In this document: piece by piece, positions 29,454 to 39,699 of the stretch
How the letters are laid out: every line of letters begins with the position of its first letter
Position numbering within the stretch: position 1 is the first letter of the stretch
DNA from: Nitrospirota bacterium
Lineage (GTDB): Bacteria; Nitrospirota; Thermodesulfovibrionia; Thermodesulfovibrionales; Dissulfurispiraceae
DNA: 64,000 nt
NCBI GenBank assembly: GCA_963790025.1
Contig: CAWBMP010000004.1
Coordinates: forward strand, 1,376,001 to 1,440,000
Reading direction: 5' to 3'
The notes under the pieces: model-generated
The model's database searches: none
Told to the model about the DNA's origin: nothing
Seen by the model: only the letters and a program-made list of their open reading frames with translations
Position numbers and translations under genes: made by a program

Positions 29454-30377
29454 ATGTCTGCAAGATACAATGCATTTGGGCCTTATCTCAAAAAGAAATT
29501 CGGCGCCATCGTATACAAGGTAAATGTGGATGCAGGGTTTACCTGCCCGAACAGGGACGGCACACTCGGCATAACAGGGTGCATTTACTGCAATAACAGC
29601 AGTTTCAGGCCTTCTGAATGCAAGTCCGACATACCTATCTCAAAACAGATCAAGGACGGCATCGCCTATCTTTCACACCGCTATAAGGCTGAAAAGTTCC
29701 TCGTTTATTTTCAGCCTTATACCAACACCTACGCGCCCCTGCCTGAACTCGAAAGTGCTTACAGGGAGGCCCTTGACGGACCGTCGGTGATCGGTCTCGC
29801 AATAGGCACACGACCGGACTGCATTGACAGCGATAAAATTGAACTGCTTCGCTCACTTGCCAGGGATTATTTCATCCTTGTCGAGTACGGGTTGCAATCA
29901 ATATATGACAAGTCCCTTGACTATATACAGAGGGGGCATGATTACCCGACTTTCCTTGATGCTCTGGCTTTGACCAGGGACAAAGGTATCCACATAGGCG
30001 CCCATATCATTGTGGGACTGCCCACGGAAACCAGGGAAGAGACAGTTGCCATGTCGGACGAACTGTCAGGCCTTCCTATCGGTTTTTTGAAAATTCACCA
30101 GCTTCAAGTGGTAAGGGACACCCCTCTGGCAGAGGCATATCTGAATAACCCTTTCCAAACCTTCGACTATAAAGAATACCTCGATTTTCTAGTTGACTTC
30201 ATCGAAAGGCTTTCACCAGACATTATTTTGCAGCGACTTTTCGCAACAGCGCCGGACTCTATACTGATCGCTCCAAACTGGGGCAAAAGCAGGCAGGAAA
30301 TAATCCGCGATATAGAAAAGAGGTTTACTGAAAGAAATGCTTTCCAAGGTTCTAAGTGCGCATGTTATAGGCATTGA
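29454..30377 (+). CDS. Radical SAM protein, TIGR01212/YhcC family
   Basis: GFTCPNRDG...[20 protein letters not shown] and KIHQL motifs. Confidence 0.9.
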   Translation: MSARYNAFGPYLKKKFGAIVYKVNVDAGFTCPNRDGTLGITGCIYCNNSSFRPSECKSDIPISKQIKDGIAYLSHRYKAEKFLVYFQPYTNTYAPLPELESAYREALDGPSVIGLAIGTRPDCIDSDKIELLRSLARDYFILVEYGLQSIYDKSLDYIQRGHDYPTFLDALALTRDKGIHIGAHIIVGLPTETREETVAMSDELSGLPIGFLKIHQLQVVRDTPLAEAYLNNPFQTFDYKEYLDFLVDFIERLSPDIILQRLFATAPDSILIAPNWGKSRQEIIRDIEKRFTERNAFQGSKCACYRH

Positions 30378-31395
30378 TGCACATCTTGTTGATGTCGAAG
30401 TAGATATAACGTCAAAAGGTCTTCCCCACTTCTCGATCGTGGGGCTCCCTGATGCTGCCGTTAAGGAGAGCCGGGACAGGATAAAGGCCGCCCTGAAGAA
30501 TATCGGATTCAATTTCCCCTTAAAGCAGATAACCGTCAATTTGGCCCCTGCACACCTTAAAAAAGAGGGTTCATCCTTTGATCTGCCTATTGCCGTGGGA
30601 ATCATCGCAGCAGAAGGCGTCATTACGTCCGATTCCCTGAATAGTTTCATAGTTGCCGGGGAGCTTTCTCTTGACGGCAAAATAAAACCGATCAGGGGAG
30701 CGCTCTCCATTGCCCTTGAAGCGAAAAGGCGCGGATTAAAAGGCGTGCTTCTGCCCGGTGAAAACGCTGCTGAAGCCGCAGTTGTGGAAGGCGTCGGCAT
30801 TTATGACATGGAAAGCCTGCCCGAGGCAGCTGAGTTTCTGGGCGGCGTTTCTGAGCGGGAACCTTTTACCATCGACATATCGACCGCGATGACCGAAAGC
30901 TCCATTTATGAGGATGATTTCTCCGATGTCAAGGGCCAGGAATACGCTAAGCGGGCACTGGAAGTAGCTGCGGCCGGCTCCCATAATATCCTTATGATCG
31001 GACCTCCCGGCAGCGGCAAGACAATGCTTGCAAAACGTCTTCCCTCGATATTGCCTCCCATGACATTTGACGAGGCGCTCGAAGTCACGAAAATACACAG
31101 TATTTCAGGTCTCTTAAAAAACGGCCAATCTCTCCTCGCAACGAGAACATTCAGGGCCCCACATCATACAATTTCTGATATTGCACTAATCGGCGGCGGA
31201 CAAACCCCTCATCCCGGAGAAGTATCGCTCGCTCACCACGGTATATTATTTCTGGACGAGTTGCCGGAATTTAAAAGGAATGTGCTGGAAGTGCTGCGCC
31301 AGCCGCTCGAAAACGGTGTTGTTTCCGTGTCGAGAGTTATGGCTTCCGTGACTTATCCAGCGCAATTCGTGCTTGTTGCCGCAATGAATCCCTGA
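30337..31395 (+). pseudogene. comM: comM (YifB Mg-chelatase-like AAA+), 5' part, interrupted by the integrated element
   Basis: [39 protein letters not shown]; stops at LVAAMNP* where CPCG normally follows. Confidence 0.93.
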
Positions 31396-32872
31396 ACGTT
31401 TGGACAGTTTTACAACTTTCAGATTCTAAAAGGTAATAAAAATCATAGTGTAAGGTATTTTCTGTCTGATTGTAAGTTACGCTGTATAGAATATCCCTGA
31501 TTATACTGGCTTTGGTTTTATAATCCATCTCGTCAAACAGTTTATTTAGTGTTGTCGCCTGTTTAAGAACGTATTCTCTTCCGATGTATGACATTTTCAA
31601 GTAATCCAAGTCACCTTCCAACCGTGGGATTTCTTCTTCAACCTGTTCTTTCCGAGAGTTTAAAATTTCATATTTCCCTGTAAATCCTTTTTTATCTATT
31701 GCTTTATCTGAATACAATTCGAGCAGGGTGTCTATTTTCTTATCTATTACACGCAATTCGGTTTTCAAAAGTTTCAAAGCATTCTGCTTTTGTTCTAATA
31801 CCGCACTGTCGTTCTCTCCTACTTCTTCTAATTGTTCCGGAGATATGACTATTGTTTCCAATGCGTCTTTCATTTGAAGAAGCAGGACATCTTCGTTTAT
31901 TTTGGCTTTACACTTCGAACAGCGATACCGCTGAGTTTTGGCAGATGGATAGGGCATTACATACATCTTCTGCTTACATACACCACAATTAAGAGTTCCC
32001 GAAAAAACATGTTTCCCGGTAAATGATGGACTTTTAGGATATTTTTTTTCTATCTGTTGGATTATACCCTGCACTTCAGTCCATGTCGTTTCGCTGACAA
32101 TAGGAGCAACTTCAACAAATATCCATTCCGATTCCGGTTTTAACTCCCAAGATTTTTTATTGCCTTTACTACGAGAATAGTTGGCACGCTTCACGCCCTT
32201 ATATGTAGCGTCCGTCAGTATACGCTTTATACTTGTTTTGCCAAACTCACCATTGCCCCGAGTCCGATATCCTTTCTTATTCATTAATTGTGCTGTGGTA
32301 AGCAGTTTCCGGCATGTCAGAAACACTTGATATATCTCACCCACAATTACAGCCTCTTCCGGATTTATTATAAGTTGCTTGTCTTGCCACATATAGCCAA
32401 AAGGCCCTTTCCCGCCGATGGGTTTTCCCATCTTCGCCCTTACGACAACCGAAGCGGCTACTCGTGATGCTATTTCTTCGCGCTCCCATTGTGCCAACGC
32501 TCCTATAACCGTATAAAGGAGCCTGCCTGCCGCACTGCTTGTATCTATACTTTCTTCCAAGGAAACAAGATTTGCGTTATGTTTTTGAAAATAATCCGCG
32601 ATTTCCAGTAATTGTCGTGAATTCCTCGCAAGCCTGGCGAGTTTACTGAAGACAAGCACTTCAATTTTGCCCGTTGCCACATCTGCAAGCATCCGTTTGG
32701 CTTCGGAATCGCTGAGAACGTCCTTGCCAGAGACACCGGACAAATCGTATTTTTCCACCACGTCCCATTTCTTACTTTGACAAAAATAACGCGCTCGGGC
32801 TTCGTGGTTCTGCGGAGATTCTCCCTTGGCTTGTTCGTCAGTGGAAACACGAATCCATATTCCGGCTTTCAT
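31337..32872 (-). CDS. Large serine recombinase (integrase)
   Basis: WIRVSTDEQ catalytic Ser, [19 protein letters not shown] recombinase domain, CGVC...CSKC Zn ribbon, coiled coil. Confidence 0.95.
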   Translation of the reverse strand: MKAGIWIRVSTDEQAKGESPQNHEARARYFCQSKKWDVVEKYDLSGVSGKDVLSDSEAKRMLADVATGKIEVLVFSKLARLARNSRQLLEIADYFQKHNANLVSLEESIDTSSAAGRLLYTVIGALAQWEREEIASRVAASVVVRAKMGKPIGGKGPFGYMWQDKQLIINPEEAVIVGEIYQVFLTCRKLLTTAQLMNKKGYRTRGNGEFGKTSIKRILTDATYKGVKRANYSRSKGNKKSWELKPESEWIFVEVAPIVSETTWTEVQGIIQQIEKKYPKSPSFTGKHVFSGTLNCGVCKQKMYVMPYPSAKTQRYRCSKCKAKINEDVLLLQMKDALETIVISPEQLEEVGENDSAVLEQKQNALKLLKTELRVIDKKIDTLLELYSDKAIDKKGFTGKYEILNSRKEQVEEEIPRLEGDLDYLKMSYIGREYVLKQATTLNKLFDEMDYKTKASIIRDILYSVTYNQTENTLHYDFYYLLESESCKTVQTFRDSLRQQARIALDKSRKP

Positions 32873-32942
32873 TATTTTCTCTCCATAAAGTTAATAAAAC
32901 GCATCGTTATTTTACCAATAATTACCTGATATTTCAATGAGA

Positions 32943-33158
32943 TTATTTGTCTCTTAATGTAATATAGATTGTTCTAAGAAGTGATGCCATTTTAGCCTTT
33001 TGCATGTCTTCCGGTATTTCTTTGAATGAATATGTCACCTTGACAGGTTGGTGTTTATCAGTTCGGCGGGGCGAGCAGTGCCCCGCAGTGGCATCTGGGC
33101 CAATAGCCGTATCCGGCATTATTTCCGATATTCTTGTTTTTACTACCAAATCCGCCAT
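32943..33158 (-). CDS. Small hypothetical protein upstream of the integrase
   Basis: 71-aa ORF co-oriented with the LSR. Confidence 0.45.
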   Translation of the reverse strand: MADLVVKTRISEIMPDTAIGPDATAGHCSPRRTDKHQPVKVTYSFKEIPEDMQKAKMASLLRTIYITLRDK

Positions 33159-33315
33159 ATATATATTTTATGGGTGGGCTTAGCGTAAGTGAAATCGGGC
33201 TTTTAAAACAGCAAAATGCTCTTTATTATCAAAGAGGTTCTTTGCAATGAAATATCAATTTGGAATTGCGAAAAAATGCAGGGGAATGTAGGGAACTACC
33301 TGTTTTGCCCGGAAA

Positions 33316-33341
33316 AAGCCCTTATGTTTCCATAAGGGCTT
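33316..33341 (-). terminator. Terminator after the methylase gene
   Basis: AAGCCCTTATG-TTTC-CATAAGGGCTT hairpin followed by a T-run on the minus strand. Confidence 0.7.
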
Positions 33342-33375
33342 GAGTGTAGGTTTGACTTACAGTCAGACTTTATGA

Positions 33376-34665
33376 TTATCTTGGTAAGTCTTTATCAAAA
33401 CATTCCACATATGTTGGTAGGTTGTCTTTATTTTTCTCCCACCGCTCGTCCATGATTTTGATTTCTTCTTCCGTCGGGTAATAGGGCGGCTCATATTCGG
33501 CATCAGCATACATCACATTATAGTCTCCGCCGTAGTAGGCTAATTCATCTTCATGTGCCTTCCATTCAGGGCTATTAAAAAACTTCTTTTCTTCATGGAG
33601 GGCAAAGTTAAAGTCAATCAGTCGTGGTAACCCCCGGATTGCTTTGCCAACCTTATAATTGCTCCACATCACTTCTATCCGTAGTTTTCTCTTCCCCTCC
33701 TCGTCGCATGGACCAGTATCGGTAACGGTTTTAAGTTCAATACGATTGCAATATCTCAATAGTTTGTTATACCACACATTTTTCTTACTTCCATAATTTG
33801 ATAACAGAAACCGTATACCATTTTTTTCTTGCTGTTTTAAGAGTATTGAAAGTAACAATGCATGATGCCCATCATTCATCTCAAAAGCATATTCATCCAG
33901 AAACATATCTTCCGATAATCCATCTTGACTGAGATTCTTACGTATGGCTCTCTTCACCCTCTCAGATGCGCTATATGGAGGATCACAATAGAAAAAAACA
34001 TCCTTTCCATATTTATTGGAACAGTCATTTATCAATTCCGAAAAACTCAAATTGCAAATCTTAATTGTTTGTAATTTGTTGTGATACGTTTGTAGTCTTT
34101 CTTTTCGTGCAAACCATGCCTCTTTTCTTCCGCCTGTCATGCCCGCAAATCCTGCATCAAGTTTCGCACCATACCCTTGCGATATAATGGTAAAAAATAA
34201 AAGTGCCGCATCAACGTGCGGCTTCTCGAAGCGGTATGTGTGGAGTTTTCTTTTGTTCTTTACGTAAACATCAGCGTAATACCAAAAATCGTCACGGTTA
34301 TACCCTATTCTATCAACACGACGTTTAAATTCAGGGAAAGTCTTTTCATCCTTGATAACATTCAAGCAATTATAAAGGAAAGGGTCCTTATCGTTGATAA
34401 TCATTACCTCATGTTGCGTTGTTTTATTAAACGATACAGTAGCAGCTCCGCAGAATGGTTCAACGTGAACCCTGACATCTGGTGGTGTCAGTGCATAGAT
34501 ATTCCTGCACAGTTTGTTTTTTCCTCCGAAGTAAGGAAAGAGAGAATAGATGCCCTCTTCTACCGGGTCTTGATCCGCCAGATCTTTTTCAAAAGAGTCA
34601 TCAGATCCTTCTATATAATCAGTGTCTATTTCATCCGTGTTGTCAAAAGATTCTTTCTTTTTCAT
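33376..34665 (-). CDS. Dam/D12-class DNA adenine methyltransferase
   Basis: FPYFGGK, VEPFCGAA, IINDKD, FYCDPPY, LLSNY and EVMWSNY motifs. Confidence 0.9.
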   Translation of the reverse strand: MKKKESFDNTDEIDTDYIEGSDDSFEKDLADQDPVEEGIYSLFPYFGGKNKLCRNIYALTPPDVRVHVEPFCGAATVSFNKTTQHEVMIINDKDPFLYNCLNVIKDEKTFPEFKRRVDRIGYNRDDFWYYADVYVKNKRKLHTYRFEKPHVDAALLFFTIISQGYGAKLDAGFAGMTGGRKEAWFARKERLQTYHNKLQTIKICNLSFSELINDCSNKYGKDVFFYCDPPYSASERVKRAIRKNLSQDGLSEDMFLDEYAFEMNDGHHALLLSILLKQQEKNGIRFLLSNYGSKKNVWYNKLLRYCNRIELKTVTDTGPCDEEGKRKLRIEVMWSNYKVGKAIRGLPRLIDFNFALHEEKKFFNSPEWKAHEDELAYYGGDYNVMYADAEYEPPYYPTEEEIKIMDERWEKNKDNLPTYVECFDKDLPR

Positions 34666-35795
34666 TTCTTTTTACCTCTTGATGTCTTCTTCTTTGCAGT
34701 TGCTGCAGGTTTTGAGGTAGCCATGATTTTTCTAACCGCAGTTGCTTCCTGTTCTTCTTGTCTTGCAACTGCCCTTCGTTCCGCGTCAACCACCTCGTCC
34801 TTGGCAGAGCGAAGTTTGCCGATGCATTCGGCTATCAGTTCCATACCGCCCATGCTCTCGACATCAAACTCGTCAATATTTTTCCTCGTGTCATAATTAC
34901 CCGCTTTGATGATGTTTTTCAACCGTGAAATAGATAAGCTTGACAGACTCTCAACTTGTGATTTCATCGCAAGAAATGTATCTTTTATATTGCCAATGCG
35001 TTTAATTATGACAGCGTCGCTTAACTTATTTGCTTTATTGTTATCATCGTCATCAGGATAGATATCCTCAATATCCGATAAATCTATGGTTTCCGATGCT
35101 TTATGGTATTTTCGTATCTCTCTTTGAATAGCCTGACTCAATGATGCAAGTGTAATTCTTTCTTTCCGGTTTTTAGTATACTCTCCATCTGCAAATGATT
35201 TAATCTTTATGATTAATTCTTTGTCTGTTATTTTATGCTCCTCAATTTTATGCTTTTTAATAATATCTGCAATTCTATCTATTTCATGATAGGTTTTGTC
35301 GCTTATTTTGGCTTTCCTACAAGCTTCCATTATTGCCCTACCTTTACCACCAACATCTTTTTTCCCCTGTCGCATTTTGGCAAGTTCTTTTTCTATCGGT
35401 AGCAATTGACGGACAAGACAGTATTTGTGCCAAAGCGGCAATTCAATGACCGTGGTGAATTGCCGATATACATAATCTCTTATTTCTAAGTCTCTTTGTT
35501 TCGACTCTGTTGCCACAATGCTGGCCATGATGCACGGTAGCGTCTCAATACCCAACTTTAAGGCAATATCGTAATAAACCTGATTCTGTAATACCTTAAA
35601 TTTACCTTTTGCTTCGTCAGGGATTACATGCAAAAACGCTTTTGGATATTTAAACTTTTTTAATTCCGCCATCTTAGTCTCGATTTCCGCAGGTGGCAAG
35701 TCGAAACCAAGTGGATAAGGGATAAGATTGGTTACGTCGATAGGTATTGCTTGAGGCGGTTTATGTTTGCTACCTGTCGCTCCAGTTACCTTCAT
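34662..35795 (-). CDS. Hypothetical protein, possibly ParB/Srx-like N-terminus plus HTH
   Basis: ALKLGIETLPC, LLPIEKELAKMRQG and KISDKTYH resemble ParB-like proteins of mobile elements; ATGA overlap with the methylase. Confidence 0.5.
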   Translation of the reverse strand: MKVTGATGSKHKPPQAIPIDVTNLIPYPLGFDLPPAEIETKMAELKKFKYPKAFLHVIPDEAKGKFKVLQNQVYYDIALKLGIETLPCIMASIVATESKQRDLEIRDYVYRQFTTVIELPLWHKYCLVRQLLPIEKELAKMRQGKKDVGGKGRAIMEACRKAKISDKTYHEIDRIADIIKKHKIEEHKITDKELIIKIKSFADGEYTKNRKERITLASLSQAIQREIRKYHKASETIDLSDIEDIYPDDDDNNKANKLSDAVIIKRIGNIKDTFLAMKSQVESLSSLSISRLKNIIKAGNYDTRKNIDEFDVESMGGMELIAECIGKLRSAKDEVVDAERRAVARQEEQEATAVRKIMATSKPAATAKKKTSRGKKK

Positions 35796-35908
35796 GTTGA
35801 TCTCCTATGACCGTTATTTATAATCAATCACATAGATTGGATTTTATATTAATATACAAACAGGATGCAATGCGTCCAACAGCGGGGGTCTTAATCAAAG
35901 TCGCTTTT

Positions 35909-36172
35909 TCAAATTGTCCCCTCCCCTTTTTTCGCGCTAAATGTATTGTGACACTTCATGCACAGCCGTACCCTTTCAAAATATTCGTACCCTGCACCAT
36001 TATCAACATACATTTCACCGGCTTCAATATAACCAGTCCCAACGCATGGATGATAAGGCTGTCCCTTCTGACAACATGTGTGACGCTTCCTGGCTCTAAC
36101 CAGATTCTGCCCTTCCACCAATTGGATTTCCATTCTCCCTCCCGCGTTTTCGGGGATACAAGTCAAAGACAA
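35909..36172 (-). CDS. Small Cys-rich hypothetical protein
   Basis: RARKRHTC...C...IEAGEMY...RLCMKC. Confidence 0.55.
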   Translation of the reverse strand: MSLTCIPENAGGRMEIQLVEGQNLVRARKRHTCCQKGQPYHPCVGTGYIEAGEMYVDNGAGYEYFERVRLCMKCHNTFSAKKGEGTI

Positions 36173-36423
36173 GCCTTCCCCGTTGAATGCTTGAGACGCT
36201 TCTTTTTAACCGGTTCTTTTGGGACGAACCGAGTGCATCCGATATGCCCATCACTTAACACTTCGTTTCTAAGATTGCAAAACCTGCATCCAAATTCCGC
36301 CACCCATCTGGTATCAGAATGATATTTGCATTCTTGTGCCGGGTGTTCTTTTGTCTTTGATAAAATACAATTGATATAATTCTTTTTATTTTTCATATAG
36401 AGCTTTCCTCCAAACCTACTCAT
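36163..36423 (-). CDS. Small Cys-rich hypothetical protein
   Basis: ORF with several Cys, overlaps its neighbour. Confidence 0.45.
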   Translation of the reverse strand: MSRFGGKLYMKNKKNYINCILSKTKEHPAQECKYHSDTRWVAEFGCRFCNLRNEVLSDGHIGCTRFVPKEPVKKKRLKHSTGKACL

Positions 36424-36447
36424 GTTCTCCTTCAGATTTGTCGCTTG

Positions 36448-36951
36448 TCAGTTTCCCCTCTTATAATATTTCGCAAAGATTGAAAAGAACTCAGCGAAGG
36501 ATTGTTTCTCTGAATCATATTGCACGACTTCGGGTTTCCAGAGCTCACCGAATTGACGGCTAAATCTCCGATGAACAAAATCCTTGATTGTTTGAGACGT
36601 GAAATGAAAGATAAACGCATCATCATCCTTTAGAATTTGAACAGGATTTTCTTTGATATGGGCAAGCATTTCCTCTTCGTTATTAAACGAAACCTGCTTT
36701 ATTCCAGCCGCGCCCTTATCTCGAATCTCTCTACAGAAATCAGCAAAAGATTGTCCCCTAGCTGGATGGTGAGCAATAAGGTTCAGTTCATTGTTTTTGA
36801 TTGCAGCCCTTTCAATTTCCGGAGCGCAATCGGGACACACAGCATACGTCGCCATGATAAAACCACCACGTCTTTGACTATTTGTATACTCCTTGTCGCA
36901 CAAATCACACATTACTGTCCTATCGGCAGCTCTAATCACTTTCTCTTCCAT
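36448..36951 (-). CDS. Hypothetical protein with Zn ribbon
   Basis: CDLC...VCPDC; GAGGTG RBS. Confidence 0.65.
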   Translation of the reverse strand: MEEKVIRAADRTVMCDLCDKEYTNSQRRGGFIMATYAVCPDCAPEIERAAIKNNELNLIAHHPARGQSFADFCREIRDKGAAGIKQVSFNNEEEMLAHIKENPVQILKDDDAFIFHFTSQTIKDFVHRRFSRQFGELWKPEVVQYDSEKQSFAEFFSIFAKYYKRGN

Positions 36952-37136
36952 ATACTCACCTCATAGAAAAACCGTTTTTTTTAGCCGACAATCGGCATGT
37001 TATATTTAACCATCGTGCGAGAGATAGAGTCGAGAGAAAAATATATAACATTGATTTCTCACAGTATTTTTTTGCAGGTGAACCGGTGCAATGAATTTCC
37101 CTGCTATTTCAGGGAGATTCAGGGAAATTGAGGGAA
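36949..37136 (-). repeat. Conserved upstream repeat, copy 1
   Basis: 36949-37020 matches 63465-63536 at 71/72 nt; second shared block GGTGCAATGAATTTCCCTGC...CAGGGA. Confidence 0.9.
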
Positions 37137-37233
37137 GGTTATCTTCTGTGTATGTTGAACCTACACACACCATGCAAAACTTCGATTATAAAATCAGGGA
37201 TAAACAGGAGAAAGTCTGATATTATCAAAACGC

Positions 37234-37259
37234 AAAAAAGCCTTCCTCAAGGGAAGGCG
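37234..37259 (-). terminator. Terminator after the ardC operon
   Basis: GCCTTCC-TCAAG-GGAAGGC hairpin with a T-run on the minus strand. Confidence 0.65.
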
Positions 37260-37271
37260 TGTGGTTACTCT

Positions 37272-37496
37272 TTAAATTTCCCAGCGGTAAGCAAATCCTG
37301 ACTCTATCGCTTCTTTTAACTCCATAACTGTGAATTCACCATCGGCAGGCCCGTCTACCAAAACGACGATATCGTTATTATTGGCTTTCTTGCGGGCTTT
37401 GTTGATTGTCCTCATATACTGCACTGCCTCGGCTTCCTCCTCAAATGTTTTCATATCGATGTAATGCCCACCAGTCAACAACTTAGATTTCACCAT
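37272..37496 (-). CDS. Small hypothetical protein
   Basis: 74-aa ORF with GGGAG RBS. Confidence 0.6.
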   Translation of the reverse strand: MVKSKLLTGGHYIDMKTFEEEAEAVQYMRTINKARKKANNNDIVVLVDGPADGEFTVMELKEAIESGFAYRWEI

Positions 37497-37652
37497 TGTT
37501 ATTCTCCCTTATAACCATTGTCGAACCACATTCTTCGCACATTTCACCTTATCATAACTATCGTTACTATATCCGTTGTGGCACAGTTTTTCAAGATTGC
37601 AATGGCATCTGCGATTGACACTTGTTGATAGCCCTGTTCCGTCTTTACGATA

Positions 37653-38498
37653 TTAATCATTCTCCTTCTTGTCGTTCAGTATAAAGTCGACGGCTTTCTG
37701 TGCCGCGCTTGCCGCTTTAATCAGCAGTTTCTTATCCGCCCTGATAGTCTGCATCCATGACAGGATATAGCCTGCGGAACTATCCGTGGTGGTTCTATCA
37801 ATCCCGGTATGCCCACAAAGGTATGCGGCTCCGAATTCGGCTGTCATCTCTTCAAATCCATAAGCGTCGGTTCCGAAGCCACTGTTCTCGATTAGTGAGG
37901 GACGGTTTAACCTTTTTTCATGCCCAGTGCTGTGAGAAAGTTCATGAAACAAAACTTCATAATAGCCGTCAATTGTTCCAAACTGTTTTGGCGCAGGCAA
38001 CTTTATAAAGTCTTTTTGATGTGAGTAATAAGCCTTGCTCCCGCCAAAATAAATACGGGGAGGGGAAGGCATCTCCTTCATTATTTGCTCGCATGAAGAA
38101 ATCGGATTAGCGGGTTTATCGCTTATCTCCGGTTCCAGTGTTGTTTGTTCCAGATTGAATACAGAATAATACCGGAGAACCGGCACCTGCTCTTTCTTTT
38201 TATCGGTATCCGAGGTATCGTTATCGGCATCCTTGTCAAGCAAGGTAAAATATACGACAGGGCTTGCTTGCTCGCCCCGTTTCACTTTTCCCTTACAATC
38301 ATTAACCTGCTTGAATGTCAGCCAGTATGGCGACGCATACCCTGCCATGTTAAGCAGGATAAGATTGATACCTCTATACTCTTTTTTTGAAACATAGTTC
38401 CGAGGCAGTCCCATGCTACTCCACGGCTGTCGCCATGGGATTATTCCCTGCTCCATTTTTGCCAAAATCCGCTCAGTGATGATGTCATATACAGACAT
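37653..38498 (-). CDS. ardC: ArdC-like anti-restriction ssDNA-binding protein with zincin-like domain
   Basis: PWRQPW, YRGIN, WLTFKQ, VFNLEQ, HELSHSTGH and YGFEEMTAE motifs. Confidence 0.92.
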   Translation of the reverse strand: MSVYDIITERILAKMEQGIIPWRQPWSSMGLPRNYVSKKEYRGINLILLNMAGYASPYWLTFKQVNDCKGKVKRGEQASPVVYFTLLDKDADNDTSDTDKKKEQVPVLRYYSVFNLEQTTLEPEISDKPANPISSCEQIMKEMPSPPRIYFGGSKAYYSHQKDFIKLPAPKQFGTIDGYYEVLFHELSHSTGHEKRLNRPSLIENSGFGTDAYGFEEMTAEFGAAYLCGHTGIDRTTTDSSAGYILSWMQTIRADKKLLIKAASAAQKAVDFILNDKKEND

Positions 38499-38585
38499 TG
38501 TAGCCCTCCTTGTCATGACATCCCCATGCAGGAGGGATGCCGATCGTTCAAAATCCCGTCCCGCATACAGGTAGCCCGGAGGCTA

Positions 38586-38729
38586 TCATCGCAAAAGCCT
38601 TAATAACCTATCGGTTAACTCAACGCATAAAAGTATTCGCTCAACGATGTGCAGTATTAGTATCACGCCACTATGTTGCGTCCCGATGTGACATCGGAGC
38701 CTCTCGTAAATATCCCTAAAAATCGGCAT
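38586..38729 (-). CDS. 47-aa small ORF
   Basis: AAGGAG RBS; MPIFRDIYERLRCHIGTQHSGVILILHIVERILLCVELTDRLLRLLR; below the ORF-track cut-off. Confidence 0.45.
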   Translation of the reverse strand: MPIFRDIYERLRCHIGTQHSGVILILHIVERILLCVELTDRLLRLLR

Positions 38730-38829
38730 GATTAAGTCTCCTTAAAATTGATGGGCACCCATACAGGAGGTGCCTTATTTAACACAACCCCTGCCTGAAC
38801 AGGTTGCCTACCATAATGGAGGCACATGA

Positions 38830-39195
38830 TTACACCGGATGCTTTTCTATCTGTCTATTTGCCTTTTCGCACTCTTTGGCATACCACGCTTCAAGAATTT
38901 CACGGGCAATAGTAGCCGCTCCCCCCTGCCCACCTCTTTTCCAGCCCTGTTCCGCCAGATGGCTTAATAATCCTGAAGAGATTCTCACCACAAGCACATC
39001 AGAGTTGCGAGCCGCCATAAAACGCTGACGTTTCAATGCAGATTTATCTGTTTCCGGAGTAATACCGGGTAACAGAGTTTTGTTTGATGCTGTCGGCTTT
39101 TCATCCTTCTTTGTTTCCGGCTTTACCACTTTCTTAACCGCTGTTGTTGCAGAACCCTTTACCGCTTTCTTTTCAACTTTCTTCTTTGTTGACAT
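38830..39195 (-). CDS. Lys-rich hypothetical protein (possible RHH-like C-terminus)
   Basis: GAGGTG RBS; basic N-terminus; VLVVRISSGLLSHL...AREILEAWY. Confidence 0.55.
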   Translation of the reverse strand: MSTKKKVEKKAVKGSATTAVKKVVKPETKKDEKPTASNKTLLPGITPETDKSALKRQRFMAARNSDVLVVRISSGLLSHLAEQGWKRGGQGGAATIAREILEAWYAKECEKANRQIEKHPV

Positions 39196-39699
39196 AACTC
39201 TCACCTCAATAGAAATAGTTATACACCGTCGAATGACGGTCGTCAGAATTGGAAACAGCAGGACAAAGCCTGCTGTGATAGGACGTTAAACATTACACTC
39301 ATCCGTAGACGGAAGTGATATCACTGGGATGTGATTATAAACTCGCCATAAGGCGTGGAAGTCAGAACCAATTACGGCGCTGAAAGAACTTTATAAATGC
39401 ACGTTACCGTGCCGGTTGGTATGCAGTCAAGGGATTTTTTTATTGCAATTTGGGCAGGTAAAATATCAAATGGAACTGATTAAAATCTGATAATCTTATT
39501 AAACGGCTCTACCGTGGTATCTATTTCAATTATGTCATCACTGTCATCGGCACGATATGCCAATAGGGAATTGTTTGGTAGTTTTTCGATGAGAATCTTA
39601 TGTTTCCGGCAGCGTTGCTAAAATGTAAATCCGTTATGCGTATGCTCAAGGATAACCCGGAGAGTTTCAAACAATGTCATAGGTTTATATTTAGTCCTT

